A DNA stretch of 64,000 nucleotides from Zancudomyces culisetae HAW-14-8 (Eukaryota > Fungi > Kickxellomycota): positions 372,001 through 436,000 of the forward strand of contig JBNJNM010000007.1 of the NCBI GenBank assembly GCA_052426225.1, read 5' to 3'. The translations under genes and the position numbers were made by a program. Below are positions 56,701 through 64,000 of this stretch, piece by piece. The first letter of the stretch is position 1. Each line of letters opens with the position of its first letter. The notes beneath the pieces were generated by a model. That model did no database searches. It was not told the origin of the DNA and saw only the letters and a program-made list of their open reading frames with translations.

Positions 56701-58223
56701 AATCAAGGGAAAAGTGAGAAAAATGGTAACTTGGCTATGGCTATGGCTATCCACTTGAAAAAAGTTTGCTTTAGTCATATTGACAGCCGGGTATCCGCTT
56801 CATTGGTGTTATTGCTGGTATCTGGGCAAAAAAAAAAATTAGAAAAAATGGCTGATAAGAGAAATAGAATACTTCTTGCTTTTGATTTGCTTTTTTGCTT
56901 TTTACATTTTTTCCTTTTAGCCTGGGCTGTGTTTATTTTTCCTTTTTTGGCCCATATTACTTACCCCTTCACGAAGCTAATCCAGCAACGAAGCTATTCC
57001 TCCTTCATTTACTTCATTTACCTTTACGAATTTCATTTAGTTTAGAAAAAAAAGTCACCTGAATTTCTTTTGACCAAATTATTGAGAAAAATTAGAATTT
57101 TAAATCAACGAATTCTGAATTGGATTATCATGTGAGATTTTTTGCCTATTGCCCAAACAAGAGGAATAGGTGAACTGAATTCAACGATTGGCATTGTCTG
57201 GTCAATTGCCACTACTTTTGGAATCGCAGATTGTAGCAATAAAAAAATCGAATATTTGATTATCAACGACCGTGAATTACAAATTGAATGTACCAGAAAA
57301 TAATCCGAATATTCAAAACCAGCACATATAGTTTGTTAATGCAACAAAAAGCGAGAAAAAAAAAGTCGGTCACGTTTTATTTTTGTTTTGATTGAGCCAT
57401 CTTTACAACCAGTGATGGATATAATGGTATGCAGGTAAGAGCCAATACTCGCTATAATAAATTGCTGAATAGACCAGATTATTTTTCGCTAATTTTTTTA
57501 TGTTTTGTACTTGATGGTCTTTGTAAAAGAAATATCACAACAACCACCTTTCTCATTTGTGTAATCACCCAAACCTCAATGATTAAAAGCAAACACACAG
57601 TATCAATTCAAGAAGAATAAGTAAGTTTGATAAGCATGTATTATTAAATGTTCTGTTTCCCTGCAAAAAAGTTAAACTAGCCAATATCCCAGCTTGATTC
57701 ACCAAGAAAGAAAAGGAGTTCATAGCGCCACGATCAAAGTAATATTGGTTTAAATCAAACAAACTAGAATTAAATATAAATTCGAAACGAATATTATTTT
57801 TGTGAGTAATGCCCTCTTGGTGATGATAGAAGCCCGCAAAGTTATGTAGAGTTTTGATAGAGTTCATAACTGTACTTTCTTTGATACCCTAACCTCTCCC
57901 ACCCTCCCAAAAAATACGTTACTTGTATTTTTGACATTTTTGACACTTTTTGACACTTTTTCTGTGCTTTATGCTCTATATAAAGGATAATATAGTACAA
58001 ATGTGTAACACACAAAGCCCATATCAACGTGGATTATAGGTCATGACAGTATTTTTAGCTAAAAAAAGTAACCACAGGGCTGATTACACAATGACAGCCA
58101 CCCAAAATTAACACTCTCGTCCACTCTGGTTCTCTTGAATTTCATTGTATTTCTTAAAAGAAATAGACACGAAAAAAAAACGCTGCATAAATATATGCAG
58201 GCATAGAAGCCAAAGAAGCCCAA

Positions 58224-61200
58224 CTAATTCAAAACAAATAACAAAGATAATACTTCAAACGGCTTGATTGAAAGCTCAACACTGTTTGTGTTGCGATCCC
58301 ACACACAATCAGACAATATCTCCTCCAGCATGTTGCATCTATGAACCGATTTGATGTCCAGAGATGAAAACAGCTTGAATGAGTTTGCTCTTCCACCACA
58401 ACTTTCGTATAATCTAACCACTACCATTTTTGCGCAGCTGGATGGTGGTGAAGGTTTACGTGGAACACCAACCTGTTGTGGAGAGGAGTACGACATATCC
58501 AACAGGGGCTCTGCACATTTTACTGTTTCTAGAACCACATTGTTTACTGAGTTCGATAATGAAAACAGTGACTTGCTGCTTATACCAGATTCTTTGCTAG
58601 CTGTAACCAATGGAGACGATGGGGAAATGGAGGATGAATATACTGGAATGGCTTTAAGAGGAACGTTAAAGCTAAACGCTTCACGGACAATAGAGGGGTC
58701 GGGGAATGATGAGTTGTGAGGATAAATGGCGTATCTGAATGTATGGTAGCCGATATCACATTCTGGGTCGGGAGATTTTGGTGATCTAAGCAGTGAAATG
58801 GTCATTGCGTTGTGTAAGCAGCTGAATCCATACTTGGAGTCTGTTAGTACGGAGACACCAGCCCCAAACTCAGACAAGTCAGCATACTTGTGCCCACAAA
58901 CTTCAAACTTCGCCATGTCCCAAGAATTGTTTCTTACAGTTGGTCGTTGTATGTATCCAAACTGTGTTTCGTAGCTGGCAATGTCTGATTTTATGTCCCA
59001 ATTGAATTCAACTTTTAGCATCTTGAAGGTTTCATTCCAGTGGACTTCGTTATGGAATTCCAAAGTAGGTGAAACTGATGTCAATGTTACCCATTGTCGC
59101 AATGTAGATGTGTTGCTCAGTTTGACATCAATACACAGGGATGAAACCAGTGGACCAGAATCAACAATAGAAACAGTACCATCGACACATGCCTTGCACT
59201 TTTCCAAGTGGTATATCTCGACATCCCAGGCATCCCAGAACAAGGGTACGTCCTCAAACATCAAGAATGTATTTGCAGCACCTCCAGATGGAACCAGCTC
59301 GCGTGATGTTCTCTGGTCAATCAGTGAAACGAGCCTGCCTCTACTATCAAACGAAGCAACTACATAGATATTTTCCAATACATAAAGCCCATTGCTTGAA
59401 ACATAGGCAGACGCAGGGATTGGGTCAAGGGGTGTTGTGCTCAGCGTAGTTGTTGAGAGTGCTGGTAGGTTGGCAGCAAGGACAATTGGGTATGGCTTGG
59501 AGCTAGCCACATCTGACCATCCCTGCTTAAAGATACTCATGCGAGGATTTCCGATTTGTCTAACCATTGGGTGGTCCTGCTCAAGCCCGTGAACTGCAAG
59601 CGCACCAGATCTAGACCATGCGCATTCGTTAATCACAACTACATTCTGTTCATTCGTAGTCTTTGGCATGTTTTTTCCAACGTGGAACTCTGGAAGGTCT
59701 ATCAACATTGCCGAATCGCACAGATCAAGTGCATCCAAATCATCATCCTGTGCACTTTCGTGCTCAAGATCTTCAAATTGATCAGCTTCACCAGAAACTA
59801 TACAGCGAAGTGCCTCCTTGCGAAGTTTGTTTGCGGATCGAACAACATCTGCATACATTTTATCTGAATCACGGTAAACCAAATTAATTGAAGAGCCAGG
59901 AAGAACATCATGGAACTGGTTCAGACACACCAATTTCCACAGTCTTGTCAGCTCTTCGCGTGGGTACATAAATCCAGAGTTTTGGCTACCACAATGCATT
60001 GCTATGGTTGATAGCAGCTCAACTGACCGCAGCAGAAATTCGCAGAGTCGATTGAATTTTTTGTTCTTCGCCTGTGATGTGTAAGTACCTCTGTGTAGTT
60101 CGAAGTATAGCTCACCGTGCCAGTTGGGCAATGATTTTGCTGTTTTTGCAACCTCATCATAGAAATCCGTTGGATCACCATGCTTAGTTATTGGCATTCC
60201 ATCTGTATTTGCTACCCGCCTCAAACGCTCAATCATATCTGTTTGAGGTCCACCTCCACCATCACCATCACCGTACAAATAAAGATTGCTGTTATGGCTT
60301 GATAGATCCTTGTGTTGTCGCACACTACGCACCAACTCATTAACGGTAGCTTGTCCTGTATACGTATCCGCTGGGGCCATATGTGTCAAAACACTGGTAC
60401 CATCAAGACCAACCCAGTTAAACGTGGTATGTGGGAATTTGTTTATGTTATTCCATGAAAGCTTTTGAGTGAAGAAATACTCGGCTCGAGATTGCTTGAC
60501 AATCTGTGGAAGCTGTGCTGCGTAGCCAAAGGTATCTGGAAGCCAAAAGACTTTGCTTACAACACCCATCTTCTCTGCAAAGTATCTCTGCCCTAACAAA
60601 AATTGTCGGACCATTGCCTCTCCGCTTGGAACATTACAGTCCATTTCGACCCACGTTGCTCCTATTGGAATAAATTGACCCGTTTTGACCCGTCCAATCA
60701 CTCTGTCAAACAAACCCTTGTAGTTTTGTTCCAGCCACTCGAATTGCTGAGCCTGTGATGCCGCAAATCTGAATTCTGGAAACTTTTCCATATGTGCTAA
60801 CTGCGAACTGAAACTTCTTGCCACTTTGCGTTTTGTCTCATCATATGGCCACAGCCATGCTGTATCAATGTGACAATTGCCTATAGCAGTTATTTTATGC
60901 GTTCCTTCGCCAGGCTTACTTGAAAAGTACGCTTTGGTTAGTTCCAAACATTTTTCAATTGATGTTTCTGCGTTATCAGCGTCAAATTTGTTTACGACCT
61001 CGTTTGCAACACTGACAGCCTGGACTCCACGTGGTGTCTCAGTGCCAAGTTCATCAGCAATACTCGAAAGTATCATCATATCATAGTACAGATCCCATGC
61101 TTGTTTTCTTTTCACTCCAACCTCTGCAAGGCTGAGTCTAAATCTTCTATCTTCTACTGGTGCCTCAATTATTCCATCTCCGTTTCCAAAAAGCCCATTG

Positions 61201-61829
61201 CACCCAATTTCGACAAAAAAGTCAAATTTCTCTCTCTTTCCTGCTTTCTTAGTCAAGAGGTACTCAATTCTTCTGGAACTTCCCCCTCCTGTGAGCCCTT
61301 GTACCGGCTCTCCCTTTTTAGTCCAAATCATCCCCTCACAGTTAAAATCAATCTGGAATATCACCTCTTCCCCCTCAAAATTCTCGGGAAGCTGGACCTT
61401 TACCTTTAGCCAGTGCGTACTCTATTGTAAATTATATAAAGATATAAATAAACAATCCAAGGTTTCCTCCATATCTTTTTTGTTGAACTATGCTATGCAC
61501 ACGATAACAACACTAAAGCAAAAACGAGCAAGTAAATTAATATTCTAAATTACCCAAGAAGGTCCAAACTCTTTCCCAATGCTACATGGCGTATACTCCT
61601 GCTTTGAGGCATAATCAAAGCTGGGCCGTTCCATTCCCGATGCTGACCAGCTGCTAAGCTGAACAGTGGACTCGCCGCTGGCTATCTTTTTCCATAGCGC
61701 AGAGTGGATATTAACTTTTCGCCAAGAATTGCTGTTAATAAAGTTCTTAATCCTGTTCTTGGTTATACCCATATGTTTTTGGAGCTGCGTGTCCGCGGTT
61801 CTCTCCTCATAAATTCGCTTTCCCTTCAT
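58224..61829 (-). CDS. AMS1: Alpha-mannosidase, glycoside hydrolase family 38
   Basis: GNCHIDTAWLWP, WLPDTFGY, GELYFELHRGTYTSQA and NQFHDVLPGS motifs; intron 61553-61422 restores GPSWSTHW. Confidence 0.95.
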
Positions 61830-64000
61830 TATTGCTATTTTTGTTATTCTTATCCTTGGTTTTTTATATTTTTTTTAGCTTTAGAATTTGAATTTGTGCT
61901 TTTTTATCACTTTTATTATTTTGCTGGTATATGAATAGATATATATATTCTTTTAAAATACAGTATGAATTGACCGACTAATAATGTAAAATATGAAATA
62001 GTTTGACTTTTAATCTCAGAAATGTTATAATACGATACCTAGAAAGTGAAAATTTCAATTAGTTCTAGAACTACATATAGCTTTTGTACTACAAATATAG
62101 TTCCTTTTTTATTTATTATTATTTTTTTTCTGCTGTGTAAACTAAGTTCTGTTTAACCCTGTTGCTAATATATTTTATGCAAATTTCACAACCCCGTGTT
62201 TGAATTTTTCGGATCTCCCTACTTTCTCGGTTTTAAATCGACGTTTGGACCATCTGTAAATTGAAAAATGTGAAAAAGTCACCTGTGTTTCAAAAATAGC
62301 ATGTTTTTCCCAGTTGATTTTGCTCTGTAATTGCAAACATGAGTAGCAAATGACAAGCCAAACACAAACCCGCCACTTTTTTTTAGTGGCTAAACCTGAG
62401 TTTGAGAAGCTACCGATTCCAATCACGCATTTACATAGCTTAGAATATGGGAAGACATGGCCTCGTCTTAAAGTAGCGATTGCAGTTTACAACTGATACT
62501 AAATAGCATGTATACGATGAAACTTCAAGTGTACTACCAATTTTGGCCGAAACGCGGAGTTAGATTAAACACTTTTTTTTGCTTTTTTTTGAGAATGAAA
62601 AATGTAAAATGTAAAATGTAAAATGTAAAATGAAAAATGAAGGCAAATATGGCTTTTTATCTGATGTCTTGGACTTACGTTGGTACACTAATACCAAACC
62701 CACTTTTGCAATAAATTCTAAACTCGTTACAAAGTTATGGTTCTTGCACCAACATATTATACTACTACATTATACTATTAATCAGAGTATATCCCAAAAG
62801 CACACCTTGGTTATGGATTCATAGCAAATCAATTCGGGATGGACTTAGTGCTTTCACTCGAATATACGATAATTACAGAGTAAATACCTTGGGTTAATTA
62901 AAAAAACGGTTGGTCTTTTGTTGGAGTTTGGCGCATATAACCAATATGATTATCTGAAAGTCCTCATTTTTTTAAGTACGAGCATGAAAAGGGAAATACG
63001 CTTGATCCACATAGAGATAAGCTAAACTGGGACTGCGGTATTCTGCGAACGTGACTATATTAACATGTTAAATAATAGAAGTTTTGGAAAAGAAAATGAA
63101 CTGCTGAATTTGTTTTGTTGTTAAGTAAATATAGTTTCAATCTTCAGTGTGAGTTGGAATTTTCCGAAATGAAAATCAAAACAGATGCAGTTGGGGTGGT
63201 TAGAGTGTTGTTAGAATAAGTGACTATAAGTACAAAAATAGCAGTGTTTTGGGTGTTGCACTTCAAAAAAGGTAAAACGTTGAGACGCTTTACTTTCTCC
63301 TAACACATACCAATCGAGTTGGTATCACCAAATATATTCACGATTATGAAACATGTAATTATAAAAATATTAAAATGCTAAACCTTCAACTTGCAACCGA
63401 AATGAAACTGAAAAGGGAGGAGAATTGTAGAGTGTTTCAGGCTTGTGAACGCTATAATTTAAAAGTACCGAGTTTATTACCTCAAACCCCTTCCTCTTCC
63501 CATGAACCTTGGTATTAAACGATGATTACTGAAATGATAGAAGCAGTTAAGTACATTGGTATGAGTATTGCTATGTTGTTGGTTGTAAGTGGAGCTATTA
63601 CTAGTGTACACATTGAAGTGGTACTAGTGTTTGTAAATAAAAGTATACATATTAAATTATCTGTGACTCATGGATACCGCCCAGCAGTGAAATAATCGAG
63701 AGAGCAGTCTTCAAATATGCAAGTGTTTTCATATCATAATATAAACGGTAAAAATAAGCTTGTACGTTTCTGCTGTATAACCAAATGCAATGCTTTTCTC
63801 TTTAATTTTTACCAAATGTCTATCAATTGACCATGTGCATTTATATATCAATTATATTTAAAAATCAACAAGTGGTCTCATTATTATAACCATTCTACTA
63901 AAATAACATCAAAGCAATTATGCGCGATAACTCCCAGCTCAGTCTTATGAATACGCTACAGCGCAATATTACAAAAAAAGAGTTGGATCATTGAGTGTTG

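Noticed and set aside
63530-63700. Short reading frame faintly resembling ankyrin repeats
   Set aside because: Too short and degenerate to support a pseudogene call.

Overview
Eukaryotic, AT-rich, intron-containing fungal DNA. The gene content looks like an early-diverging fungus, possibly Zoopagomycota/Harpellales, but that is inference only. The window has two zones. (1) 1-23274 is a continuous block of Ty3/Gypsy LTR retroelements: four gag-pol elements (E1-E4), five solo LTRs (S0-S4) and an integrase fragment. Eight of these insertions are stacked end-to-end 6 bp upstream of a tRNA-Ala(AGC)/tRNA-Lys(CTT) pair separated by only 2 nt. Seven are joined by 3-6 nt spacers that are all pieces of one target, AAATACAT; E4 landed 2 nt inside the previous LTR end. 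This is the main candidate novel system: a multi-family, tRNA-gene-targeted retrotransposon stack that records insertion order. The four integrases share a short C-terminal motif that could be the targeting module. Directly after the tRNAs, a ~366-bp unit occurs in three copies, one inverted, giving an ~800-nt foldback. (2) 25.3-61.8 kb is ordinary gene space: mitochondrial bS21, a CAS1-like O-acetyltransferase, YIF1, a UBL protein, a fungal TF-domain protein, an ankyrin protein, FYV10/MAEA, RAB3GAP1, a CBF1-like bHLH and AMS1. All alignments and counts were done by eye.
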